In this document: positions 25,401 to 37,497 of the stretch, piece after piece
Position numbering within the stretch: the stretch's first letter is position 1
How the letters are laid out: the number at the start of each line of letters is the position of its first letter
Assembly (NCBI GenBank): GCA_963924565.1
Contig: OZ004608.1
Coordinates: 11,532,001 to 11,596,000 of the forward strand
Origin: Ascidiella aspersa
Taxonomy: Eukaryota
Reading direction: 5' to 3'
Length of the DNA stretch: 64,000 nt
Translations under genes and position numbers: made by a program
Notes under the pieces: model-generated
Database searches by the model: none
What the model was told of the DNA's origin: nothing
What the model saw: the letters and a program-made list of their open reading frames with translations, nothing else

Positions 25401-28400
25401 TGAAAAAAACTTATTTTCAACATTGTTTTTATCAACAGCAGTTTTTTTTTTAAATGTAAAGCGCTGTAGTTAAAATACACAAACAGAACGAGATAAAGTT
25501 TCTTTTTTTAAAGAAGTTTCCCAATGCTACTTAGTGATTTAAAGTGTTTTTTTTAACTAAGTCAGCTTGTTTGAGTTTGGTCTTTTAAATTCGGCAAGCA
25601 TGCGCTCACAACAACACAAATTTACCATTAAACAAACACGTTATGCAAACGCAATATACGTACCGAGAACGCAGGCCGGAAACTCCAGGCATGGAATAGT
25701 ATTTTTCGTGGTGACGTAAGCCACAATGTTTTGGTTGAAGAACTTCAGAACCAGGGGTATGCAGTTGGCGAAAACGAGGTGTTGGCTCGTGTACTCGAAC
25801 TAAACAAATAAAAGACTTAGATTTACTCTAATTTAGCATTGTACTTGGGAACACTATGCACGGGTCGATAATGTAGCTTGAAAATGAATAAATCGACGTC
25901 ATCTAAAGAAATACGATTTGATACGTAGTTGTATACTTATCAGTTATTGACTCAGTTCGATTTAGCATTTGTAATTTGAAAATTTTTAAGGTGTCAGTAA
26001 AACGTGACTTAACTTGTTTAGTTAGTTACAAGATTCCATATGGTTGTCCAATTTGGGAAGATATTAAACATACTTGAGTAGGAAAACTTTTTTATCAAAC
26101 GCTTATGCAGTGTAGACCTAGCACAACTGTATAACAGTTGAATTATGCACCTGGTAAACGTGACTAAGATTGAAGTGCTTAAGGAGGAGCAGCAAAAGTC
26201 CCGAAATTGCTTTTACGATGATTTCCCTGTGTCGGTTAACGTCGATTCCGAGCTTCAGTGAAGTCGCAGCAGTGGTTCTGTTTAACAAAAATGCCATACA
26301 GTATAGGCAAGATATGGGAAAAATACTAACACAAATATTCCGATGACTTATAGTTAGGTTACTGGGTTAGGTAGCAAAATGTAAGGTTACATGCGCACGC
26401 AGTGGTAAGAAAGTTGTGGCCGTGAATTTTATTTTATTACTACGCAGAAAAAAAGATCTAAGATAACGCAAATTAGAGGTTTGACCAGTCAGTAGCAGGA
26501 CGGTATCAGTTACGGGTTATAGCTAGATGTGCGAGCCATTTAATGCAACAAAATTGGGTTTTATCGAACCAAAAGTGTTTGCACTTTGTATATATCGTGA
26601 ACACATAAATGCTTTGCGGCCATTTTGGTATTGTACATTACTGGTTTAAACTGCATGTTACATGCCGCTTAAAGATTTATAATTGAATGCAACCTCGCGT
26701 AATTAAGCCGTTGTCAGTTCTATAAAACAAGTAATTCCGCTGGATTATTCGGTTCATTTGAGTTCGGCAAATTTGCAACTACCTGCAATATTTAAGCTTT
26801 TACAAAGTTATCACGGCAAGGTTTGGGTTCGGTAGCAAACTGTTGCGAGCCGACTTTCACAAAAACCACCACTCACGGCATCTCCTTGGGCAGCACGTCG
26901 GAGAGTATGTTGATGGAGTCGTTCTTCGACTTGGCGGTTGGGGCGGCGGCCAGTAGCACCTTGAGCAGTGCGATCATGTATTGTTGCAGGTTGGGCAGCA
27001 TCGCTTGGTACAAGCGCTCCGTCACCGTGTCTCCTATCACCTGCACGGTAAAAGTATTAGCAATATACAGTCAATTTTCACGCGAGTTTCGCTCACGCTA
27101 CAATAAATAAACAAGGCTAACTAGAGTTAGAATTTGGTGTTAAGTCAAATTTTGGTTTTTAAATTTCTACAATGTCCGATCGTCCGTACTTGCAACCGGA
27201 CTAAGTGCACTAGCGCCTCAACAAATTGGCAAATCGAGACATACGCCACTTTACGAAATAAAATATGGTTACACAAAAAAAAAATCAAAACTTTTTAATA
27301 ATAATTTATAAATAACAATAACTCGTTACTTAATATTAAAAATACAATGTGATTCTCAAGGAAGGATTTAGAAAGAAATCACAAGTTGCACGCATAGTGT
27401 GAAAACTAAAAAAAAGAACAAACAATTTGTAACGCTCACTTCTTTCTTGCCGATGGTGAGCGGGCACTTTGTAATTTCCTCCTCCTGTTGTATCTGGAGG
27501 TCGGAGAGCGAGGTGTACGTGTGTTTGCGGAGAACCTGGATGCTATCCTGGGTTGGCTGCGGCAGACCGGCCACCGTGGTAAAGTCCCTGAAATTCAGGC
27601 CAAATATTATGATTTTAGGACTCTGATAACGCAAAGTCTGATTGTTTTTTGTTCACATTTGACATACTCCAAGGTCTCATGTCAAACGACCACAGCACTA
27701 CAAACAGTGAGTTAGTCCACTTTGGATGATAAATGTAACCATTTTCTAATGTATGGAGATGTTATTATGCAAAGCGCTCTCATTATAAAAAAGCCCTAAT
27801 AAAAAAGGCAAAACGGCGAATATAGTTTAGTGCGAAGTTGAGCCCTTAAATTATTCACAAATTGCCATCCAACTTGGATAATAAATGTAAAATTCTAAAA
27901 CACTGTCTACAATAGTGTTGAGATTGTTGGCACGTTGTATTTCTTATTGCTCTTAAAAGAGTTTGAGAACCACCAGCCTAGTTGGCGTACCCCGGCAGCG
28001 GGAACCCGATGAACTTCTGTCGCACGAGGTTCATGAACGCTTCGACGTCCTTCTTGCGAGCCTTGGGCGCCCATGGAAGCCCGGGAGCAACACTGATGCT
28101 AGGGATACTGGGATCCTGACTCGCACTCGCCTCCAGCTGCTCCTGCTTAAGCTTGATGAGTTTGGCGGCGATAGCGGCCGTGTCGGTGGTCAGGGTTGGC
28201 TCTTTGCCCGGCATCGGAGTCTGTGGAAAGTACACGTGGAGGATGATGTTGTTCTTTCTGCTATAATTCGCGCGAATTGGGGCTGTTGATTGCTAACTAT
28301 TATTGTACATTTTTCATTGGCTAATAACTTTCTTGTATCAATGCACAACTTCTCAACTATTTCTACTGTAGAGTGCGTTTTTTTTGTCTAAATATTCTAG

Positions 28401-31400
28401 AAACCGGTTCTTAAAAATCTAATTAAAAAACAAACTGCACAAAGGGAAACGCTTGATACACTTTACCCAGGAAAACTATGCCGCAAACATACCTTTTACA
28501 TTTCATAAAGCCTAATGCACTCAATTGCTTATCCTGTGATTATGTCCTAATAAAGTTCATTAATCTTATACATTCAAGCAATACAACAAAGTGTCATCCA
28601 AATTTAAATTTAAAATGCTGTGTGAAAGAAAACATATTGCATAGTGCTGCAATTTCAACAGTAAAGGAATTAGGCTCAGTTAATTTACATCAGAATTCAA
28701 AGAACTTACTCCTACAGGAGCCGGTGTTGGTGCGGGAGTGTCATTTAAATCAACTGCAGAAGATTGTGGAATGCCATTCGTAATGTCCAGTACAATCTCG
28801 GTGGCAACACTAGATTGGTTTGCACTCGTTTCTTCTCCAACACTTTCTTCCAGTGGTGCATCAATACTTGTTACCTTTTCTTCTTCAAACGGCTGGAATT
28901 TAGCAAAAGTTATAACTCATAATATTTTAAGACATTTGACTCAACAAAAGTTTCACAAATATGTTTAGATATTATATATTTTTTCCTGGTTTTAAACAAC
29001 CACTTTCTTTATTAAGTGTTACATTTGTACTAATAAAAATAAATCCTAACATGAGATATTACTTGGTCATCAGCAGCAATCTTTGATGAGTCAACTTCCA
29101 CTTCAGTGCTTTCAGAATCAAATTCATATAGGACACTCTAAAGATGGTAATAAATACTATGTATACCTTGAAATACTCTACATTTGTCAATAAACTTGTA
29201 CCAAACCGACATTAAAAATTATAAAAATTTTTTTCAAATTTTCTGACATAAATTACATTAATTTTGCCATGGCCTAATTTAGAAAATTCCAAAAAAAGGT
29301 TCATTTAACACAAAAGTATTGTCAAATTTTGGGCCATTTATCCTATTTTAGGCTATTTTAACTAGATAAATGCGTAATTTTTTCAATTCAAAGGCATAAT
29401 GACTGCCATGGGTTGGAACTATTAACAATGGAAGTTTGTGACAGAAACAAAACCCACCCGTCTTCCCCTCTTTTTTCCCACTCCACCTTCAAGAAGATCT
29501 GTTGCTGATGTGGGTGGAACTGATGCTTCCATATTTCTTACAATTTCGATTGGGTTTTCGTTAATCACTTTCAGGCCTGCTTCACGGCGTAGCCCGTTCT
29601 TGGTGTTGTTTATTTGTTCAAATCCACCAAGGATCGTCTATTTAAAAAAAAATATATATTTTTAATATTAAAAAATCTATTTATTTAATTGGCAAAAAAA
29701 AATACAATTATAAGGCCAAAACAAGATAGTATATATTTAATAAAGTGGTAAAGCAATAACTCCAAATCAGTGGGTAAGGACAAAGCTGTGAGAAATCAAT
29801 GTTGCTAAGTGACAGATATACCAAATTTGTCTATGATTTTAATGATTTGTTCATTTAAAAAAGTAAATAACTTTGTACAGAATTGTTATACAAAGATTTT
29901 GAATTTGTGTTTCTCCAAGGTTTGATTACTCAAGTCAATAATTCGGTAAACAATCAAACACTTACAAGAAGCAGTTTCCACAACAGTAACAGTAGTTTTT
30001 TCATTGGGAGTGTTGAAGAGGTTTGCGAACAGAACTTTGGGATAGCATTAAAAAGCACAATGACCAATGGTTCATTTTCATTCAGGCTCTGGTCTATATA
30101 AAGGTCAACATTGTTTAAAGGTTTCTTGTTTATATGACATTCTTATAACTCTTAGTTACCCAGTTCATGATGCAAGTCTTTTCTCAATTTCTGCTGCTGC
30201 TCAGTGTCATTGTCATTTTTTCTTCGAATAGTTTCCAACATTGTGTATAAAATACTAATAGTGTATCTCAACATCTTACTGTCCTCCAGTGACATAACAC
30301 TTGCCTTTTTTTCAACAGCTAAATCCATGTTTGTCACACTAAAAACATTATTTAATTAAATTATTTTTATATTAGAAAAATATATTTTAACATAAAGCAG
30401 CCATAAATCCTGTTAATGCTTGTTACTAAATTATAATTAAATTTTAATTGTAGAAATTATACCAGGGCTGCGGAGTCGGTTAAAAATAACCCGAGTCCAA
30501 CTCCGGCCAAAAAACTAAACCCGAGTCCGACTCCGGTCAAAAGTGGGATTTTGTCGAGTCCCGCGTCTGGCCCGGACACTGCAGCCTGTATTTCACCAAT
30601 TTACGTAACTAAAATAACGTGGATAATCAGCAATCCACTTAATATGGGGGGTCGTATAATTCATTCACTCACAATACATGGTTGGGAAAAATTCCGCCAT
30701 ATAATATTCCACCTTTACAATTTCCATCTGGCGGCCATATCAGTTTTAAAATTCGGTACTGCACATGCGCATGTCGGACTCGGGACTCGGGTAGTTTTAC
30801 AAAGTCTTACTAGAGTCCCGAGTCCCGAGTCCGTCTCCGCAGCCCTGAATTATACCACATTAAAAATACCATAAATGATTTTTAATTGTAAGCACATACT
30901 TCATCTCCATAAGAAGGAGGTCCTGGATCATTGTGAAGATGCCAAGTTTATATAAAAGAAAACAGTTTTCTTTGCAAACTCTCTTTTGCAAAGCAACATC
31001 ATTGGTTTCACCATAGGCACCTTGCACGAGGTAAAGGAGCCAAGTTGTAGCAACAATTCTAGAAATACCAAGTTTTTTTGTTACTTAAAAAACATTAATT
31101 TAGCTTATCAGCATCATGGTTTAAAAATAGTCAGTGCTTCTCTGCAAGGCATATTTACATAAGTGGGTGAAACAAACAAATATCAAGTTACTACTGGTAA
31201 ACAACATGATGATAGTATGACAGTAATATTGCTCACTATATCTTAACCTTATTATTTTCACGATACAGTTTTGTAAAACAATTCTAACATATTTGTGAAA
31301 GCATTATGGAATATTACTATGATTTTGGTAAATTGTTTTTGCAGATCAAATAAATTACCTTTCATCTCTGCTTGAAAACTCCAGCACTTGTACTATGTGT

Positions 31401-32094
31401 TGTACTATTGAAGTCCGTTGAGATTCATTTAATTCTCCCCAACTAGATAACTCTAAAACATAAACAAGTACAGTTTTATTTTACCATCCTATCATAGCCT
31501 ATTTTAGTAGCTCATGCGCTAAAACTATATAATAGCATCAAGCTTATAATAATTAGCTTCCAATTGACATTTAAAATTTAGTTAGGGTAATAATCAACAA
31601 ACTTTGGTTATTGTACAGGGAGGGGTTTATGCAGCCTAAAATTATGCGGCTGTCATCAAGTTAAAATGTTAAATTAGATAAAACTTGAGCAGCAGTACAC
31701 TTCCCCCGTGGCTAAGCGCATTTCCTGGGGACTTTCCATTAAATGCACAGCTGTGAAACTTTCTGAGATTAAATTCCTGTGCAAGGCAAACTTTCCAACC
31801 TGCTAGTAATTAAGCTACATGAAAACTTTGGACTTTACCGGACTAAACAATGTGGTTTTATATAATAGTGCATTTAACAGTAAATAAACATAACAGACAA
31901 AAATCAAAGTAACAAATATGTACAACAGTTTGTTTTAACAAACCTTTTTCCACGAGTAATTTATTAAAGTTCTTTAAATTTTCATCAAATTCAGCTTCTT
32001 CGGTGTAAGTGTATAATTCACTTATTTCATTTTCATAAGCATCACAGTCGTCATATCTAAACTCCAAATCGACATCAAACTCTTGGTTTGCCAT
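22447..32094 (-). CDS. STRIP1: Striatin-interacting protein 1 (FAM40A/Far11 family), ~865 aa
   Basis: 17 in-phase GT-AG exons: 32094-31944, 31452-31359, 31058-30900, 30338-30160, 30093-29966, 29637-29458, 29137-29063, 28892-28710, 28220-27991, 27587-27440, 27040-26877, 26277-26151, 25799-25664, 25170-25031, 24346-24142, 23326-23140, 22558-22447. Motifs EISELYTYTE, GLPWAPK, QYMIALLKVLLAAAPT, MLVVFKSAPILKRALK, YQKVRHRLNDDWA, DARPWDFQ. Confidence 0.96.
23381..23806. mobile_element. hAT-type MITE in STRIP1 intron 15
   Basis: TIRs CAGGGATGGCGAACC / GGTTCGCCATCCCTG. Degenerate TSD gcttgtgc / gcttaggc. Confidence 0.75.
30463..30847. mobile_element. hAT-type MITE with subterminal CCGAGTCC/GGACTCGG repeats in STRIP1 intron 3
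   Basis: TIRs CAGGGCTGCGGAG / CTCCGCAGCCCTG. Exact 8-bp TSD AATTATAC. Confidence 0.9.
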
Positions 32095-32099
32095 TATCT

Positions 32100-33262
32100 C
32101 ATTACAAATTAATTTACACTAGCCGACATCTTAAATAAATTAAATATGTTTTGAATATCTTATGAACAAACAATTCCATTTGTCTTTTCAGCAAATATAG
32201 TTGCTTTTACACCTACATTCATCTTACTAATATACTCAAGTAAGCGGAACGGATTTCCCTTCAAAAAAATTTGCTAAAAACTGAAATAAAATCAAAATCG
32301 CATTTTGAAGAGGAAATCATTACTTTTTAATTTTTTTAAGTGACTGTAATAAAATGTAATCAGATCTGTAGGTTAACAGGTGTTTATACCTGCAAGTTTC
32401 TATAGAAACTTGATCATATCTGCAAGTTTTACATATATGATGAAGTTATAAGAACACGCTATACAACTTTACATTTATCATTATTTTTCATTAAATTTGA
32501 CGTAAATTTTGGCAGGAACTGCAAGCAAGTTTCAATTTTTCAAATTTATTGTTTGTTTGTGCGCATTTTCGTATACTTAGCAGTTTGGATGACACGGCAT
32601 TACAGCGAAAACCTGACGTAATGACAACAGCGATCAGCTGGGTGGCGTCTTGCTTATGAATATAATTATGGTAACCAACAAAACAAAGAGTCCCATCTGT
32701 TAACAGTGGCGGCCTTGTAAGAAGATCCTTGAAGTGTGTGACCGCTGTCTTGCTGTGTATTTAGTAATAATTTAAGGTGTTTGAATTTGTTTAACAGCTT
32801 GTATGGTTTAGTTAGAAATTGTATTATCATTTAAACTATATACGAAAACGTGCATAAACCAAAAAATTCAAATTTCATATTTGGTGAAAGTGTGTTTTAC
32901 AGATATATTCTATATGTGCTGCTGTTATATGGCGAAATATAATAGTGTGAAAAAGTGTTGTGTGACCTAAACGCACTATAGCACCTTATTCACTCTTAAT
33001 AACTTGATTTAGTTTTTTCAGTATATATTGATATTATTTGTTTACCTTAACATTGTTCACATAAAACAGTTAACTTAAAAGTTTTTTCCTTTTTTGGATT
33101 TTTAAATATTTTGCCAATAACAATAAAAATCTGTTGCCAATATCAAAATTGGTATTTACTCTAGTGAATTTGCAAATGATTACAACACTTCCCATTTTTT
33201 ATTAAATTCACAAATCTATTAACAATTAATTCTTAATAATATTTTATCTTATGGTTTTGTAG
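32100..33262. promoter_or_regulatory. Bidirectional promoter region between STRIP1 and UBE4B
   Basis: Head-to-head ATGs ~1.2 kb apart. Local CpG island-like patch ~32490-32760 with TGACGTAA twice (~32498, ~32613). Possible UBE4B 5'UTR exon ending AAG|GTGTTT at ~32776, and an acceptor at 33262. Confidence 0.6.
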
Positions 33263-33295
33263 GCATTTATAAAGCAATTAAATTTACTCAAGAAA

Positions 33296-36200
33296 ATGAG
33301 TGAAAACGAATTAACTCCCGAAGAAATCCGACAAAAAAGGTTGGCACGCCTTTCGAAAGGCAGAGAAAATCGATCGTCTGACATGTCTGTGTCAAGTGAT
33401 TCAACAACAAATTCACAAGTTTCCTGTCTTTCTCCCAAGCAAAAAATTGCAAGGCCATCAGAAGGAAATGGCGGGGATGTACAATCTGCAAATAATGGAA
33501 CAAGCATGGTTATATCAGATATGGCCATGGAACTTTCAAAAACTGCCGACACAAACATAGAAATTGAAGATGAAAGTTTAATGTCTGTGGATCCAATAAT
33601 TTCAATTGAAGTTGATAAAGATATCAATAAAATAAAAATAGCAAAGATGTATGAAGGATTAAGCAAGATATTTTCCCTGTCTGCTGATAACGACGGATTG
33701 CCCAATTTAAAAGACATTTCAGATAAACTGTATGAAAGTGATCAATGGAATCCTCCTGTCTTAGCAAGTGTAATCTCAGATCTTTTGAATACATGCATTA
33801 TGCATGTTGCTTGTGGTGTGTTAGAAGTAGTTCCATTAAATCTGCATGAAGAATCTTTTACCAATGAACAGTTAATACTGAGCTACCTAATACAATGCTA
33901 TGAAGAAGCCTGTAACATTACAACTGTTCCGGCCAACATAGTGGTAGAAGTTCGACGTCAGTGTGTTTCCAACATAATTATGCTAATCAAGGGATACTTT
34001 GGCGGCCAGGGTTTCGCCTTATCAGTTGTCCAAAGTTTATCAAAGAAAATTCTTGAACAAACAATATTTCATGATATTTTAAGAGCTTTAGTTTTGGAGG
34101 CAGAAGACAGAGACTGTTTGGACTTGATTTTCGAGGAAGTTTTGCTTTACATTAGGTCCGCAGCAGCAGATGCATCAATTGCTGATGATGACCACCTGTC
34201 ACCAGTGTCTGCACTGGCACAGCTCTGCCAGATCACAAGCAGAAAGAATGCGCGTGAACGCCCCATTTGCACCCTGCTAGTAAACATGAAGAACTTTTTA
34301 CCTGTTACCGTATCAAGTGCAGCTGGTCTCGAAATTCAGGCACTTTCCTTCCTTGGCCCATTTTTGTCCATGTCTGTTTTTGCACAGGATGACGAGAAAA
34401 TAGCATCCAAATATCTCAGCAACCCAGCTACATCAAAGGAAAGTCAAAAATTTCTTGTCAACCATCTGCAGGGTCAACTGGCAAAAGTCAGGGATGAGCA
34501 ATTCAAGGTCTTCCACAATCTTTTATTGAATGTCAAGTCACGGGACTTTGCAGTGCAGTTTTTTTCAACTGCTCTTAAGAAAAATGAGAAGTGGGCACAG
34601 TTTCAAGCTGATGAAACTCAGCTTGCTAAATCAGGGTTTATGATGAACATTCTCTGTGTCTTGCAAAGGCTTTCCCTAAAAATCAGTGTTGAAAAAGTAG
34701 AGCCTTTCTACATTTATAGTAACTTAAGCAGGGTGAGCATTTCTGGCCAAACTCGAATTAAGGCTACATCAGATGAGGTGGAAAAGTGGGAATCAGAAAG
34801 ATCGCAAACTATGGAGAGCCCAAAATTTCCCACAGAGTGCTTCTTTCTTACTATGCAAGCACATCACCTCTCACTTTTGCAAACCGCCCGCATCTTTTTG
34901 AGAAAGCTTAGGGGAATTCATGATTTACAGTCTATGATTACACAGGTTGAATCAACTGAAGCAAAGTGGAAAAACACTCCACAGGAAACCAGGAACAAGA
35001 CAATGCTTAAAAGGTGTAAACAGCAACTGTCTACCTTGCACAAAGAAAGAACTTGTTATCACATTGGGTTGTATGACGATAACTTACTTGGTCATTGTCT
35101 GGAGTATTATGCATCATTTATCAAATATTTATTTGCACTTGCATGTCCAAACAAAAACATCAATGACCTCTCATTACCATTGCCCGAGGAGGTGCAACCA
35201 CTTTTTGCAATGCTGCCTGAGTTCTATGTGGAAGACATTGCCGAAGCCCTGCTTTTTGTTCTTCAGTATGCTACTGGGGCACTCCATCACCTCTCAAGAA
35301 GCGAATTTGCTACCTTTTTGATTGTATTTGTGTGTTCCCCTAACTACTTTACCAACCCTTACCTAGTCGCAAAATTGGTTGAAGTAATGTTTGTATTAAA
35401 CCCAAGCATACAGCCCAAAGCACAACCGTTGTATGAGATGTTCGAAAGCCACCCACTGGCTGTAAAACATCTGGCTTCATCCTTGATGAAATTTTATGCT
35501 GAGATTGAAACAACAGGCAGCAGTAATGAATTTTATGACAAGTTTGGCATCCGGTATCACATATCAATCATTTTTAAAGGACTGTGGCACAATCCCGAAT
35601 ATCAGGATGCTATTGTCGAAGAGAGTCGCTCTGGGCATGAGTTCGTGCGCTTTGTAAATATGCTGATAAACGATACTACATTTTTGCTAGACGAAAGTCT
35701 CGATTCCCTCAAGCAAATTCACGAAGCACAAGAAGCCATGAAAGACCAAGCAGCATGGAACGCCCTTCCGGCTGAAAGGCGTACAAGCCGCGAACGTCAA
35801 CTGCAGCAAGACGAGAGGCAGTGCAAATCTTATCTGATTCTTACAAACGAAACCCTTGAAATGTTGCACTACCTCACCAAGTTGGCCCAGGCTCCCTTTT
35901 TGCGCCCTGAACTTGGTGACCGAATTGCCACTATGCTAAATTTTAATCTGCAGCAACTCTGTGGGCCGAAATGCAAAGACCTAAAGGTGCAAAATCCGGA
36001 AAAATATGGATTTGAACCTAAAAAGTGGTTGGAGAGGCTGACAGATCTGTACACAAACCTTGACGGACCAGAATTTATTACATATGTTGCAAGCGACCAG
36101 CGTTCCTATTCAAAAGAGCTATTTGAAACTGCAATCGCACGAATTGAGAAACTGGGCATCAAAACCCGCTTCGAACTCAGCGAATTTCAGCATTTTGCAG

Positions 36201-36505
36201 ATCAGGTGCATGCTGAGTTTATTAAACTTAACAAAACTGAGGTGGACTACGGAGAGATTCCCGATGAGTTTAGGGATCCACTGATGGACACTCTGATGCG
36301 CGATCCTGTATGCCTGCCCACGAGTGGAAACATAATGGACCGTGGTATTATAATGAGGCACTTGCTTAACTCCTCAACTGATCCTTTTAACCGCCAAGAA
36401 TTGAAACCAGAAATGCTTGTGCCTGATTCAGAGTTGCGCAAAAGAATCAACAGTTGGATCGCCGAGAAGGAATCTGGATCAAATGAAAATAACAAAATGT
36501 CCTAA
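33296..36505 (+). CDS. UBE4B: Ubiquitin conjugation factor E4 B (Ufd2 core + U-box), intronless, 1069 aa
   Basis: [12 protein letters not shown]-terminal motif, [44 protein letters not shown]-box [33 protein letters not shown]. Confidence 0.96.
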   Translation: MSENELTPEEIRQKRLARLSKGRENRSSDMSVSSDSTTNSQVSCLSPKQKIARPSEGNGGDVQSANNGTSMVISDMAMELSKTADTNIEIEDESLMSVDPIISIEVDKDINKIKIAKMYEGLSKIFSLSADNDGLPNLKDISDKLYESDQWNPPVLASVISDLLNTCIMHVACGVLEVVPLNLHEESFTNEQLILSYLIQCYEEACNITTVPANIVVEVRRQCVSNIIMLIKGYFGGQGFALSVVQSLSKKILEQTIFHDILRALVLEAEDRDCLDLIFEEVLLYIRSAAADASIADDDHLSPVSALAQLCQITSRKNARERPICTLLVNMKNFLPVTVSSAAGLEIQALSFLGPFLSMSVFAQDDEKIASKYLSNPATSKESQKFLVNHLQGQLAKVRDEQFKVFHNLLLNVKSRDFAVQFFSTALKKNEKWAQFQADETQLAKSGFMMNILCVLQRLSLKISVEKVEPFYIYSNLSRVSISGQTRIKATSDEVEKWESERSQTMESPKFPTECFFLTMQAHHLSLLQTARIFLRKLRGIHDLQSMITQVESTEAKWKNTPQETRNKTMLKRCKQQLSTLHKERTCYHIGLYDDNLLGHCLEYYASFIKYLFALACPNKNINDLSLPLPEEVQPLFAMLPEFYVEDIAEALLFVLQYATGALHHLSRSEFATFLIVFVCSPNYFTNPYLVAKLVEVMFVLNPSIQPKAQPLYEMFESHPLAVKHLASSLMKFYAEIETTGSSNEFYDKFGIRYHISIIFKGLWHNPEYQDAIVEESRSGHEFVRFVNMLINDTTFLLDESLDSLKQIHEAQEAMKDQAAWNALPAERRTSRERQLQQDERQCKSYLILTNETLEMLHYLTKLAQAPFLRPELGDRIATMLNFNLQQLCGPKCKDLKVQNPEKYGFEPKKWLERLTDLYTNLDGPEFITYVASDQRSYSKELFETAIARIEKLGIKTRFELSEFQHFADQVHAEFIKLNKTEVDYGEIPDEFRDPLMDTLMRDPVCLPTSGNIMDRGIIMRHLLNSSTDPFNRQELKPEMLVPDSELRKRINSWIAEKESGSNENNKMS

Positions 36506-36849
36506 CTTATTTAAGCACTCAAATTTTTGTTTTTGTGAAATGTACTGTGTTGAAACTCCTCAAGTTGATGTTACCAAAAATGCACCTAGCCATATGTACC
36601 CTTTAACTATAATAAAATAACTGTAACTATTTTTTCGTAACAATTTCTTAATGTTAAAGTGTAACCATATTTATCTGTTTAAGACAATACTTTAAAAATG
36701 TAATTCATTTATTTTTTGCTTCAAGTTCCAGTTAAACTAATATGTAAAAATGTTTTTCACCTAACTTGTTTTCTGCTTTCATCCAGAACCTAAAATTATA
36801 TATTTAAAAATGTGTTCTATGTTTAGGTGCCTGCATAGGTAAATAGGTA

Positions 36850-37290
36850 ATGCTGTCTACCCGGCTTCCAAGATTAATTTGCGCTTCACAAAGTATGCCT
36901 TCAATAAAACATTTGTTTTTCAAACGGGATATAAAAACCAAATATGTACCTTTGGCACCTCATGTGATGGGAAATGCGTCTCAGCCCGAAATAGAACTAA
37001 AAAACGAAGATTTCATCCAGCTTCAAAGACTGTCACTTCTTCAATTTAAGAACAATGAAAGTGAAATCAAATCATTAAAAGAAACAATACAATGGGCTAG
37101 GACACTAAACAATGTAAATACTGAAGGTGTTGAACCTATGGTTACAGTTTTAGAAGACACTTCCCTTTATCTTCGTGAAGATAAGGTTACAGATTTTGGG
37201 AGCACTAAAGACATAATGTCCAATGCCAAAGTAGTTTTTGAAGACTACTTTTCGGCCCCTCCTGGCAACATTGTATTGTCCGATGATTAA
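36850..37290 (+). CDS. GATC: Mitochondrial glutamyl-tRNA(Gln) amidotransferase subunit C, intronless
   Basis: Basic mitochondrial-type N-terminus. LQRLSLL, VNTEGVEPM, LYLRED, NAKVVFEDYFSAPPGN are GatC hallmarks. Confidence 0.92.
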   Translation: MLSTRLPRLICASQSMPSIKHLFFKRDIKTKYVPLAPHVMGNASQPEIELKNEDFIQLQRLSLLQFKNNESEIKSLKETIQWARTLNNVNTEGVEPMVTVLEDTSLYLREDKVTDFGSTKDIMSNAKVVFEDYFSAPPGNIVLSDD

Positions 37291-37497
37291 ATAAATTTTT
37301 AATGTTTAGTTTATAAATGTGGTTAATACACACTGGGATATATCACGGCGAGATAAATAATAGTGTATTTTATAACATAAATAGCCGTGACTCGAAAATA
37401 TTTTTTATCTGAACTAATTTGATATGAGTGGATACTGCAGAGACTAACTTTTCTGTGTTGCCTTTAGATATGATGAAATGTTTAGCATAAAAATGCA

